From contig CAVYZR010000004.1 in assembly GCA_963773005.1 (NCBI GenBank), positions 335,272 to 399,271 on the forward strand: a stretch of DNA of 64,000 bases. Direction: 5' to 3'. Position 1 is the stretch's first letter. Each line of letters begins with the position of its first letter. The DNA is from an uncultured Acidobacteriota bacterium. Lineage in GTDB: Bacteria > Acidobacteriota > Vicinamibacteria > Vicinamibacterales > 2-12-FULL-66-21. Below are positions 10,975-21,077 of this stretch, piece after piece. The notes beneath the pieces were generated by a model, which did no database searches, was not told the DNA's origin, and was given only the letters and a program-made list of their open reading frames with translations. The translations under genes were made by a program, and so were the position numbers.

Positions 10975-11060
10975 GGCGCCTGCTTCGATCACGATGGCAA
11001 CATCTTCGTCGTCGAGTGGGTTGAAGTCGGGCGCTGACGAAATTACGGAAAGTTGCGTGA
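10975..11060 (+). pseudogene. Displaced duplicate of the last ~27 codons of the NHL gene (8031-8114)
   Basis: Encodes GACFDHDGNIFVVEWVEVGR-(1 nt deletion)-TKLRKVA*; substitutions versus the gene are synonymous. Confidence 0.9.
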
Positions 11061-11073
11061 GCGGATTCGCGTT

Positions 11074-11160
11074 AAAAAGCTTCTCACCGCAGAGGACGCC
11101 GAGCACGCAGAGAAAACCTTATGGCTCTGCCATCTCAGCGACCTCCGCGGTGAAAGGCTC
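11074..11160. repeat. Palindromic intergenic repeat, family A
   Basis: ttctcaccgcagaggacgccgagcacgcagag...ctctgccatctcagcgacctccgcggtgaaag, between convergent genes. Confidence 0.8.
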
Positions 11161-11181
11161 TGCGTTAAGCCGCGATCCTCC

Positions 11182-14100
11182 TCAGAACATGAATTTCACA
11201 GCGAACTGCACGTTGCGCTGCGGATCGGCGTTGCCGTAGGCCGTCGCGGTGATTCGACCGGCATTGGTGTTGTCATTGCCGGGCACGCCAACCTCGGAGT
11301 CCGGGTTGCCGAGATTCACGTGGTTGAAGAGATTGACGACCTCGATGCGGAACTCGAGCACGTTGGTCCCTCCCAGCTGGACGTGCTTGAAGACTGACGC
11401 GTCGACTCTCCAGTACCCGGGCCCACGGAGCGTGTTCCTCTCCATGTCCCCAAAGGTTCCCCGCGCCGGCCGCGAAAACGCGCTCCCTGACGAGCCGATC
11501 GGCGTGGCGTTGAACCACTCGTCACGCGTCTGCGGACCCTCCGGGTCGCCAATCAGATTCGGCCGGTTGGGGCCCGTATCGCGGTCGGCTCCCGCATCCC
11601 TGTAGGAGACGCTGTACGGGAGCCCGCTCTGGATGATCGTATTGGTGTTGAACTGCCAGCCGCCGATGAACGCATCCGTGAGAGGAGAAACATCCGTGAG
11701 ATACCGCCTGCCGCGACCGATGGGGAGCTCGGCCACGAGCGAAAAGATGAAGTTGTGCGTGCGGTCCCAATCGGCTGGTCCCTTGTTCAACTCGACGTCG
11801 TAGATGAAGTAGTTGTCGCTCTCCTGCACCTGCCGCTGCAACGTGTAATTCGCCTTGACGGAATACCCGTTCGAGAACCGCTTATTGAACTTCAGCTGCA
11901 TCGAATCGTAGGCGTTGTTCGCGCAGTTGCAGAAATAGTCGATCCCCTGCGTCCAGCCGAACGCCCCGCCGAGTCCGAGGTCGTTGGGCACGACGCCGGC
12001 GAAAAACGGCCGGCGAAGGTTTTGTGGCACGAGCGGGTAGCCGTCGAGTATGGGCTGGTTGATGTTGAAGGCCGGGCCGTCGCCGGCAAAAACGTCTCGG
12101 CCCCGGTTGCCGACGTACCCGGCCTCGAACGACATCGTGTTGGACAACTGCCGCTGCACGATCACGTTGAACGCATCCACGGTGGGCGGCCGCTGCTGCT
12201 CCGGGAGGGCGCGCGCGAACACACCATTGGGCAGAGGGAACCGGCCGTTCGACGGGACCGCGGGGAAGACTGGCGGCGGCGGCCCCTGCGCGAGCGTGAA
12301 CACGCGGTCGAAATTCTCCGGCGCGTTGAGCTCCTGCACCGACAGCACCGGCAGGTTCTGGGTCACGCTGTGTCCGAAGAGCGACCCGAACACGCCGAGG
12401 TCGTAGCTGCGGCCGTACCCGGCTCGCAGGACGGTCTTGCTATCGAGCTGGTAGGTCACGCCCACGCGGGGCGCCCAGTTGAGCTTGTTCTCGATGTCGC
12501 CGTTCAGCCCGATGTCGCCGATGCCCGCGACCCGGATTTCCCCGGTCGCGAGATCCAGGAAACCACCGTTGCCGGGCTCGTTGACCGTCTGCGGGTTGAT
12601 GATGTCGAGCCGGAGCCCGTAGTTGAGCGTCAACTTCCCGGTAGCACGCCAGGTGTCCTGCGCGTAGTAGGCCGTCCGCCACTGTTGCTCTCGCGCGTCC
12701 GTGTTCGGGCTCACGTACCGCCGTCATCTGGGTGACGTCGCCCAACAGGAATGTGGCGAGGCCAAGGCCGCCGCCGGACGGTCCGCGGGTGCGGTCCACG
12801 TTGAACGTCAACTCGCCGGACCGGTGGGCGTCGCTCGGCACCCTGAGGTTGTTCGCCCGCCGGATGTCGAGACCAGCCTTGATGCTGTGATTGCCCATCA
12901 TCTTTGTGATGTTGCCGACCAGCTGCCATTGCTTCTCATCCTGATCCAGCGGGCAGTTGCAGCGGTTGACACCCAGGCCCGAACCAATGTTGAAGCCGCG
13001 GTCCCCCTCGATGAAGCCGGCAAACAGCCCCGAGGCGAACGCCGAATCGTTGAGCCCTGGAATTCCGGCGTCGGCGGCCGGCGTCGTGCCGAAGTCGAAC
13101 GGCAGGACGGCGACCTTGTACTTGAACCAGCCGAATCGGAAGTCGGCGATCAGCGTCGGCGAGATCACGCGATCGAGACCGATCGCAAGGCTCTGGTTCT
13201 TCACGTCCGAGATGCCCCCCAGCGTCACGAGCTCCTGCCCGCCCCCTTGGCCGAAAGACGTGGGGCCGTCGCGGAAGAAGTCACCGACGCTGTAGCGGCC
13301 AAACATGTTCGTGCTGTCGCCGATGCGCCCGTCGAGCCGCACGTTGAACGAGTTCTCCTCGAACTCCTCCGACCCCGATGCCTGGTAATTGTCCCTGGTG
13401 CCGCCGTCTCGGCCCGGCGCGTTCGGCATGGGAACGAGCGCGAGGATCCGCTGCGCCTCTGGAGACAGCCGGTTGGTCGGGATGACGTTGCCAGCAAACT
13501 GCTGCCGCACGGCCGGGACACCCGTCGACGGATCGAAAATGTTGATGCCAAACGCGCTCAGATCCCCACTCCGGGCGGCCGCTGTGGGCACCGTCAGCAA
13601 TCGTGTGCCGCCGACCGTGCTGCGCGTTCCCTGGTAATCGCCGAAGAAGAACACCTTGTTGGCGACGATCTTGCCGCCCACTGAGCCGCCGAACTGGTTC
13701 TTCTTCGTCTCGGGGAGGAACTTGCCGGTCACCGGGTTGGCCTGAAATTGCGTGAAGGGGTTGCGCGCCTGAAAGTTGTCGCCCTGATAGAACTCGAAGG
13801 CGCTCCCGAACCACTGGTTCCTGCCGGACTTGGTCTGCACCGACACGACGCCCGCGGTCGCCTGGCCGAATTCCGCGTCGTAATTCTGCGAGGTGATCTT
13901 CGTTTCGCCAATCGACTCGAGCGTGGGATTGATGACGATGATGCCCAGGATGGGGTCACGGTTCTCCGTGCCGTCGAGCTGATAGCCCGTGCCGCTGAAG
14001 TGCTGGCCGTTGACCATCGTCTGCGTGGAGCCCTGCGGGTTTTCGCTCGCCGCGTGCTGCCACTGAAGCTGCTGAGTGCCGGGCGTCAGCAGAATGAACT

Positions 14101-14567
14101 TGGTGAAGTTGCGATCGAGCACCGGCAGGTCGGTGATCTGCTTGGAATCAAAGTTGGTGGAGACGTCGGCGCGGTCGGTCTTGAGCAGCGGGGAGCCGCC
14201 GGTCACGACGACCTCCTCGCTGAGCTGCCCGAGCTGCCAGCACGAAGTCGATCCGCGTCTGCGTGTCGATGCTCACGCGGACCTCGCGCATGACCGCGGC
14301 CTTGAAGTTCGAGAGCTCGGCCTTCACTTCGTAGGTCCCCGGCAGCAGGCGGTCCTTGACGTAGAACCCCGACTCGTTCGACACGACCGTATCGACCGTC
14401 TTGCGCTCGACGCTAGTGACGGTAACCGTCGCGCCGGGCACAGTGGCCGCCGAGGAATCCTTGACGGTCCCCGCGATGCTTCCGTACACCGCCTGTGCGA
14501 ATGCCGATGGAGCGAGAGAAAGGAATGAGAGGAACAACCCGAAGGTGAGGATTCGGTCGCGCGACAT
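11182..14567 (-). CDS. Oar-like TonB-dependent receptor with N-terminal carboxypeptidase-regulatory-like domain; frameshifts near 14238 and 12720
   Basis: Signal peptide then GSIAGTVKDSSAATVPGATVT; YDAEFGQATAGVVSVQTKSG; YAQDTWR..LTLNYGLR; C-terminal PQRNVQFAVKFMF. Pieces lie in three ORFs. Confidence 0.9.
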
Positions 14568-14705
14568 GAGGCTCCCCCCTGTTCTACCTATCGCGAATCG
14601 ATGACCTCCAAGACTATCCCCGCCCTGAACGAAGTCAAACGTTTTTGTAAACATTCTCAATGCTGAGCTGTGTCGCTACTACTGTTCAGCTCGAAGCTCA
14701 TCGCT

Positions 14706-16424
14706 TCAGCGCTCGTCGATCGTCATCAGTTGTCGCGTCTCGATTTCCTTCACGCGCTGCACGTGACCGCTCGGCCATCGCACTTCGATCTCGTCGGCGC
14801 GCGTCGCGGTGCCAACACCGAAGTGCACACGCAGATCGTCGTGCGAGTAGTAGCTGGACTGACTCAGCACGGCTCGCGCCTGGCGCTTCCCCGCCGCGCT
14901 GACGATGACCGTTGCGCCTATGGCGGATCGGTTTGACGCGCGACCGCGAAGGACCACGTCGATCCAGTTGTTGCCGCCTGAATAGTCGTTGCGCAGGAGT
15001 GATGGCGGCTCGTTCATGTTCATGACGAGGACGTCGATGTCGCCGTCGTTGTCGATGTCGCCGAACGCCGCGCCGCGGCTCGAATGCGGCGTCGTGACGC
15101 CTGACCCGCTTGCGGCGGTGACGTCTTCGAATCGTCGGACGTCACCTGTGCCCACGGCCTTGTTGCGAAACAGCACGCGCGGGCCGCGATGCGGGTACTG
15201 TTCGAGCGACCGCTCGATCTCCGGGTAGACATGCCCGGTCACGCACATCAAATCGACGAAGCCATCGTTGTCGAAATCGGCGAGGCCGGCGCCCCACTGG
15301 ACGTATCGATTCTGCACGTGCAATCCCGCCGCGACCGCCGCGTCCTCGAAGAGGCCCTTGCCGAGGTTTCTGTAGAGCGCCGGGATGTCGTCGGAGAAAT
15401 GGGTCTTTGCGAGATCGATCCGACCGTCGTTGTTGTAGTCGCCCGCGGCGACGCCCATCCCGGCCTGCGGGCTGCCGTGCTCGCTGTACGCGGTCCCGCT
15501 TTCAACGGCGATGTCGGTGAAGGTGCCGTCGTGATTGTTCCGGTAGAGGATGGCCGCCGTCGAGTCGGCGGCCACGTAGATATCCGTCCAGCCGTCGTCT
15601 GTGAGGTCGGCCGCGAGCGCGGTCATCGAGTACCGCCCAGTTACGCGCGAAATCCCGGACCGCTCCGAGATGTCGACGAACCTGCCGTTGCCCTCGTTGT
15701 GATAGAGAAGATTCGTGTCAGTCGGCAGGCCCTTCGGCCCGCAGTTCACGGGCAGACCCTTCCACGTGCAGTTGATTCCCGAGCCCGGTTCGGACGCCGT
15801 CTGGAGATCGAATTTGAGGTAGTTCGCGACGAAGAGATCCAGCCGCCCGTCGCGATCGATGTCGATAAACGTACAGCCCGATCCCCAGCGCGTGGCCGTC
15901 GTCGACAGGCTCGCCGCAGCGGTCGCATCCGTGAAACGCCCATCGCCGCGATTGCGATAGAGCACGTTCTGACCGTAGGAGGTCACGAACAAGTCGATCC
16001 AGCCATCGTTGTCGTAGTCGCCCGCGCAGACGCTCGAGGCCCAGCCGGTTCGGCGCAGCCCGGCCCAATCCGTCACGTCCTCGAACCGGCCGTTGCGCGT
16101 GTTCCGATACAGCCGGTTGGTTGGAGCCTCGGCTGGCGAGTAACTCGCGTCGATCCTCGCGCCCTCCGCGAGCCGTGTCCCTCCGAGGACGAACGCGTCT
16201 ACCCACCCGTCACGATCCACATCGACGAGTGCGACGCCAGAGCCGTTGGTTTCGAGGATGAACCGCTTGCGATCCACGCCGCCGTAGACGGTGGGATGAG
16301 TCAGCCCGGACGCTTTGGCGATGTCTGTAAAGGTGATCGGCGAGACAGAGGCGGGCGGTTGCTGAGTGGCGCCAGCCGCGATGGTGAAGAGCGCGGCGCC
16401 AAGCATCGCGAAGGTTCCGAACAC
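14706..16424 (-). CDS. CRTAC1-family FG-GAP repeat protein with ASPIC/UnbV C-terminal domain (start uncertain)
   Basis: Repeated DxDxDGxxD motifs; SRGAAFGDIDNDGDID; NRSAIGA...SSYYSH...HFGVG...EVRWPSG. The upstream ORF extension is repeat DNA. Confidence 0.9.
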   Translation of the reverse strand: MFGTFAMLGAALFTIAAGATQQPPASVSPITFTDIAKASGLTHPTVYGGVDRKRFILETNGSGVALVDVDRDGWVDAFVLGGTRLAEGARIDASYSPAEAPTNRLYRNTRNGRFEDVTDWAGLRRTGWASSVCAGDYDNDGWIDLFVTSYGQNVLYRNRGDGRFTDATAAASLSTTATRWGSGCTFIDIDRDGRLDLFVANYLKFDLQTASEPGSGINCTWKGLPVNCGPKGLPTDTNLLYHNEGNGRFVDISERSGISRVTGRYSMTALAADLTDDGWTDIYVAADSTAAILYRNNHDGTFTDIAVESGTAYSEHGSPQAGMGVAAGDYNNDGRIDLAKTHFSDDIPALYRNLGKGLFEDAAVAAGLHVQNRYVQWGAGLADFDNDGFVDLMCVTGHVYPEIERSLEQYPHRGPRVLFRNKAVGTGDVRRFEDVTAASGSGVTTPHSSRGAAFGDIDNDGDIDVLVMNMNEPPSLLRNDYSGGNNWIDVVLRGRASNRSAIGATVIVSAAGKRQARAVLSQSSYYSHDDLRVHFGVGTATRADEIEVRWPSGHVQRVKEIETRQLMTIDER

Positions 16425-16444
16425 CCACGAACCAGGCTGAACGC

Positions 16445-16563
16445 GCCGACGGCCATGGTTCACGATGAACACGATGACGCGATGAACACGAAGAGAGCCT
16501 TCAAGGATCCATCGTGAACATCGTGTCATCGTGCGCATCGTGTTCTAACTTGGTGTCGTGGCA
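16445..16563. repeat. ~120 bp palindromic element, family B (CACGATG arms)
   Basis: Inverted relative to the copies at 28695-28815 and 29924-30042; shares the GCCGACGGCCAWGGTTCACGATG end. Confidence 0.85.
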
Positions 16564-16595
16564 CCATTCCTGAAACAGCTTGTGTCCCTCGGTCG

Positions 16596-17672
16596 CTACC
16601 GTCCTGGCGGCTGAAGGGAATCGGCGATCGCGAACTCGCGCTTCGCTTCCTCGAGCCGTCCGGTCTGCTGGAGCAGTTGGCCGAGCAGATAGTGCGCCGA
16701 CCGGTTGTTCGGATCGTACTGAATCGCGCGCCGGAGCATGCCCTCGGCTGTCGCGGGCTGACCCTTCTTCAGGTACAACCGCCCGAGAAGGATGTACGGG
16801 CCACTGTAATAAGGATTGAGCCAGAGCGACTTCTGCAGCGCCTCCATCGCTTCGTCGGCGCGAGACGCGCGCAGGTAGGCATCGCCAAGCTGATAGAAAG
16901 CCATCGCATCACTCGGGTTCGCCGCCAGCTCTCGCTCGGTCAACGCGATCGCCTCGTCCAATCGGCCCCGGAAGAGGGCCGTCTGTCCCAGGAGGTAGTT
17001 GGCGCGGGGCGTTCGCGGATCTTTTTCGATCGCTCGCTTCAGCTCCGCCTCTGCCTGCGGCTCCATCTCGAGCCTCAACATCATCTGCGCGGCGATGACG
17101 TGCGCGCCGGCCGAATCCGGCGGCAGCCGGAACGTGCGGGCGAGGGAGGTTCGCGCGGCATCCGGCTGGCGCGCCTGGATATAGGCGAGCCCGAGGATGT
17201 ATCCCAGTTCGAGGTTGTCCTGTGCCCAGACGCGCGTCTCTTCGAGAAGGGGAATGGCCTCGGGATACCGCCCGGTCAGGTAGTAGCAGAGCCCTAGGAC
17301 CTGAATCGCTTCGCGACGCTCGATCGATCCGTCAGGCAGCGTGCCCTTGGCCGACACCAACGGGACCAGCTGCTGGATCGCCCGCTGGTGATCGTCGGCG
17401 TGATAGTACGCGACTCCCAGCAGCCGAGCGACTTCGGGCACCGTCGTGTCGAGCGTCTCGAGCTTCGCGACCGCTTCTTTTGGCTTGCCATCGTCGACGA
17501 GCTTCCGCGCCTCGACGAGCACTGCCTTGACTTGGCTCTCCGCCGTCGACGCATGCGCCGGCAGCGTCTGAGCCGTCTGAAGCGTCGCAAGACGGACCCC
17601 CGGCACTTCACCCGCTCGCACGACGACGCCGAGGAGGATCAGATACGAAGCCAGGCTCGCAAGCGACTTCAC
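16596..17672 (-). CDS. Tetratricopeptide repeat protein with signal peptide
   Basis: TPR consensus repeats (AFYQLGDAY, AHYLLGQLL); GTG start overlaps the upstream TGA (GTGA). Confidence 0.88.
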   Translation of the reverse strand: MKSLASLASYLILLGVVVRAGEVPGVRLATLQTAQTLPAHASTAESQVKAVLVEARKLVDDGKPKEAVAKLETLDTTVPEVARLLGVAYYHADDHQRAIQQLVPLVSAKGTLPDGSIERREAIQVLGLCYYLTGRYPEAIPLLEETRVWAQDNLELGYILGLAYIQARQPDAARTSLARTFRLPPDSAGAHVIAAQMMLRLEMEPQAEAELKRAIEKDPRTPRANYLLGQTALFRGRLDEAIALTERELAANPSDAMAFYQLGDAYLRASRADEAMEALQKSLWLNPYYSGPYILLGRLYLKKGQPATAEGMLRRAIQYDPNNRSAHYLLGQLLQQTGRLEEAKREFAIADSLQPPGR

Positions 17673-19399
17673 GGGGCCTGCCTCGGCGTGCCCGAACCTT
17701 CTTTGAGTGTGTGGACCTTGTCGATCACGAGCGCCGTCCACGATTCTTCGCGGCCATTCGGCCAGCGCACCTCGAGACGATCGAACGCCGTCGCCGAACC
17801 AAGGCCGAAGTGCAGCCGGAAGTCGCTCTGCGAGTAGTAGCTGCCACCGCCGCGTACTTCCTGGACCTGAACGCCATCGGCCGTGACGAGTTGGACGCGC
17901 GCGCCGATCGCGCTGCGGTTCGACTCAGCGCCCACGAGCTTGACTGCCAGCCAGTGTCGATCCCCGCTCTGGTCGAGCCTGAAAAGGTCCGGCGTATCGT
18001 GGACGTTGTTGATGACGACGTCGACGTCGCCGTCGTTGTCGAAGTCGGCAAACGCCGCGCCCCGGCCGGCCTTGGGAATCGTCACGGGCGGACCGAGCTG
18101 CTCGGTGACATCCGCAAAACGTCCGTTCTTCAGGTTCCGGTAGACGACCTTGCGCTGCTTGTAGCCGGCTTCGGTCTTGATGCGATCGACTTCGGGATAG
18201 ACGTGCCCGTTGACGAGAAAGAGATCGAGCCAGCCGTCGTTGTCGAGATCGACGAAGCCGACGCCCCAGCCGAGCCACCGCGTGTTGAGGCCGATGCCGC
18301 CGGCAAACGTGCGATCCTCGCAGGCGCCCTTGCCGGTGTTGGCGTAGAGCGTCGAGGTATCACCGGCAAAGTTCGTCTTGAAGATGTCGAGCGTGCCGTT
18401 GCGATCGTAGTCGCCGATCGCGACGCCCATCCCCGCCTGGGGCTTCCCATCCTGGCTGTAGGCGCAGCCGGCGGTGATCCCGATGTCGGTGAAGGTGCCG
18501 TTGTGGTTGTTGTGGTAGAGCGCGCTTGGGTTGGAATCGTTGGCGACATACACGTCGAGCCAGCCATCGTTGTCGAAGTCGACGGTGGCTACGCCCAGCC
18601 CGTAGGTGCCGCGCGCGGCGGCGATGCCGGACGCGTCGGACACGTCCTCGAACGCGCCATTCCCGCGATTGCGATAGAGCACGTTCTTGCCGCCTGGCAG
18701 CCCTGGGGGGCCGCACGCGACCGGCAGGCCTTTATAGCGGCACAACCCGGAGGACGGGAGCGGCGTCGCCTTGAGATCGAGATCGATGTAATTGGCGGCG
18801 ACGATGTCGAGGAGGCCGTCGCGGTTGTAGTCGAGGAAGGCGCAGCCGGCGCCCCAGCGGGTGCGCGGCTGGGTAAGGCCGGCGCGCTCCGTCGCATCTT
18901 CGAAGGCGCCGTCGCCCTTGTTGCGATAGAGGCGGTTCTGGCCCCAGTAAGTGACGAAGAGATCGTCGTGGCCGTCGTTATCGTAGTCGCCAACGCAAGC
19001 GCCCTGTCCCCATCCGCCGTGCGCAAGGCCGGCGCGAGCGGTCACGTCTTCGAACGTCCCGTTCCCCTTGTTGCGATACAAGTGGTTTGTTGGTTCCTTG
19101 CCAGCGGGAAATCCCTCGAGCGTCGTGCCGTTGACGAGAAAGATGTCGATCCAGCCGTCGCTATCGAAATCGAACGCGGCGGCGCCAGTACCGGTCGTTT
19201 CCAGCAGGTACTGGTTGGTGTCGAGCCCGCCGTAGATCGTCTTTGCGACGAGGCCAGCCTCGCTCGCGATGTTCTTGAACGAAAAGCTCACGCCAGTCGT
19301 CTGGACGCGCGCAGCCACGCGGTCCGCGCCGAGCAGCGCGCCACATCCGAGAACGGACCAGATCAGCAGGCGTGTGACCTGTGAAAACGCGCGTATCAT
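17669..19399 (-). CDS. Second CRTAC1-family FG-GAP/ASPIC-UnbV protein
   Basis: Same architecture as 14706-16424: ETTGTGAAAFDFDSDG, GMGVAIGDYDRNG, GGGSYYSQS..HFGLG. Confidence 0.92.
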   Translation of the reverse strand: MIRAFSQVTRLLIWSVLGCGALLGADRVAARVQTTGVSFSFKNIASEAGLVAKTIYGGLDTNQYLLETTGTGAAAFDFDSDGWIDIFLVNGTTLEGFPAGKEPTNHLYRNKGNGTFEDVTARAGLAHGGWGQGACVGDYDNDGHDDLFVTYWGQNRLYRNKGDGAFEDATERAGLTQPRTRWGAGCAFLDYNRDGLLDIVAANYIDLDLKATPLPSSGLCRYKGLPVACGPPGLPGGKNVLYRNRGNGAFEDVSDASGIAAARGTYGLGVATVDFDNDGWLDVYVANDSNPSALYHNNHNGTFTDIGITAGCAYSQDGKPQAGMGVAIGDYDRNGTLDIFKTNFAGDTSTLYANTGKGACEDRTFAGGIGLNTRWLGWGVGFVDLDNDGWLDLFLVNGHVYPEVDRIKTEAGYKQRKVVYRNLKNGRFADVTEQLGPPVTIPKAGRGAAFADFDNDGDVDVVINNVHDTPDLFRLDQSGDRHWLAVKLVGAESNRSAIGARVQLVTADGVQVQEVRGGGSYYSQSDFRLHFGLGSATAFDRLEVRWPNGREESWTALVIDKVHTLKEGSGTPRQAP

Positions 19400-20862
19400 T
19401 TTTTGATTGGGGGCTTGACCTGCGGCGCGAGCGGTTTCGCCACGGTCGTCAGGTACGGCGCCAGCCGCTCGGCTTCGGCGAAGTGCGTTTTAGCTTCGGC
19501 CCGAGCGCCGGTGCGCTCGAGGGCGAGCCCGAGTTGGTAGTGCGCGCGGGCGTTCTCTGGCGCGAGGCGGATGGCCTCGCGAAACTTTTCGATCGCCCCG
19601 GCCACATCGTTCGCCTTGATCTTCTCCGCGCCGACAGCGACCGCGAACGTCGATGCCTGCGCGTCTGCCTTGCGCGCGTTCAACCGTTCAGCCTCGGCGA
19701 AGCACTTCGCCGCGTCCTCGGCCTGCCCCATCTGCGCCAGCATCTGCCCCAGGTTGAGATGCGCCTCCGCCGACGTCGGGCGGTAGCCAATCGAGGCGCG
19801 AAACTCGGCCAGCGCGTCGCTCGTCGCGCCCTTCTGCCTGAGGACGGTGCCGAGCATGAAATGCGCATCGGCATCCTCCGGACGGCGCGCGATTGCCGAC
19901 CGGAACGCGCTCTCCGCATCGTCCACACGTCCGGTCTGCCATAAGACGACGCCGAGCGTGTAGGACGCTTCCGGCAGGTTGGCGTCGAGCTCTGTCGCCC
20001 GTCGCAGCTCGGCCTCGGCGCCAGCAAAGTCATCCTGCTGCTTGAGCGCCAGCCCGAGGTTGTATCTGGCTTCGGCATTCGCCGGCTGCAGCCGAGTCAC
20101 GTCTCGAAGCACTGTCACGGCTGACGCAAGATCGCCGCGCTGCATGAGCGCAGTTCCAAGATTGATGCGGGCCGTCATCTTGTCAGGTTGACGCTCGGCG
20201 AGCGCGCGAAATGTCGAGATCGCCTCGTCGCCCTCTCCAGCCTGCATCAGCGCGAGCCCGAGGCTGTTCTGGATCTCGGCCGAGGAGGGGTCGAGCCGCG
20301 CGGCCGATTTGAGGCTGGCGACGGCGCCGTCGAAGTCGCCGGCATCCTGCAGAGCGACGCCGAGCTGCAGGTGGATCGGCGCCAGGCCAGGACCCGCGCG
20401 AGCCGCTTCGCGTAGTTGCACGATGGCCTCACCGAGCCGGCCCTTCTGCTTGAGCGTCAGGCCAAGGTAGTAGCGCGCTTCGGCATGGCCCGGCTGGAGA
20501 CGCACCGCGGCCTCGAGGGCGACGAGCGCGCCGTCGAGATCCTTGGTCCACCACCGCGTGGCGCCAAGGTGATACTGCGCGTCGAAGAGGTCGGGCTTGA
20601 GCCGGACGGCCTCTTCGAATGCAGCGATTGCGTCGGGGGTGCGGCCGAGCCGCCCCAGGACGAACCCCAGTCGATCGTGCGCCACCGCCATTGATGGATC
20701 GATCTGGACCGCGCGTTCGTATTCCGAGCGGGCAGCGCTCAAATCGTTGGACTTCTCGGCGGCAATTCCCTGCTGATAGGCAGCGGCTGCAGACTGCGCC
20801 TCTGTTCGCGGCCGCTCCTGAGGTGCCGACGCGACGAGCGCGCAGAGCAACACCAGCAACAT
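19396..20862 (-). CDS. Tetratricopeptide repeat protein with signal peptide
   Basis: Many TPR repeats (ARYYLGLTL, ARYNLGLAL, AHLNLGQML); ATGA overlap with the downstream gene. Confidence 0.92.
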   Translation of the reverse strand: MLLVLLCALVASAPQERPRTEAQSAAAAYQQGIAAEKSNDLSAARSEYERAVQIDPSMAVAHDRLGFVLGRLGRTPDAIAAFEEAVRLKPDLFDAQYHLGATRWWTKDLDGALVALEAAVRLQPGHAEARYYLGLTLKQKGRLGEAIVQLREAARAGPGLAPIHLQLGVALQDAGDFDGAVASLKSAARLDPSSAEIQNSLGLALMQAGEGDEAISTFRALAERQPDKMTARINLGTALMQRGDLASAVTVLRDVTRLQPANAEARYNLGLALKQQDDFAGAEAELRRATELDANLPEASYTLGVVLWQTGRVDDAESAFRSAIARRPEDADAHFMLGTVLRQKGATSDALAEFRASIGYRPTSAEAHLNLGQMLAQMGQAEDAAKCFAEAERLNARKADAQASTFAVAVGAEKIKANDVAGAIEKFREAIRLAPENARAHYQLGLALERTGARAEAKTHFAEAERLAPYLTTVAKPLAPQVKPPIKK

Positions 20863-20952
20863 GCCGCCATTCTATCGGCTCTCGACGAACGGCTGGAGCA
20901 AGGTCATCCATACCGGGGTTCGGGATTCGGGACTCGGGGTCCGGGCACGCAG

Positions 20953-20988
20953 AAAAAAACGCCGGACGGGGTTGGTCCCCGCCCGGCG
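20953..20988 (-). terminator. Intrinsic terminator downstream of the TonB receptor
   Basis: Minus strand reads cgccgggcgggg-accaa-ccccgtccggcg followed by T7. Confidence 0.8.
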
Positions 20989-21000
20989 CCCTGGTTTCCT

Positions 21001-21077
21001 TCTGTGTTATCCGTGTTGTCTGTGGCCCGTGTTTGTCTGTGGCTCGTGTGTATCCGTGGCTCGTGTTTATCCGTGGT
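21001..21077. repeat. Degenerate CCGTG/CTGTG short tandem repeats
   Basis: tctgtgttatccgtgttgtctgtggc...tatccgtggctcgtgtttatccgtgg abutting the receptor stop codon; same type as 36680-36930 and 46837-46866. Confidence 0.65.

Noticed and set aside
5321-19384. Long antisense ORFs (e.g. 5321..6880 -, 15189..16517 +, 17711..19384 +)
   Set aside because: They are shadows of real genes, caused by high GC3 codon bias.
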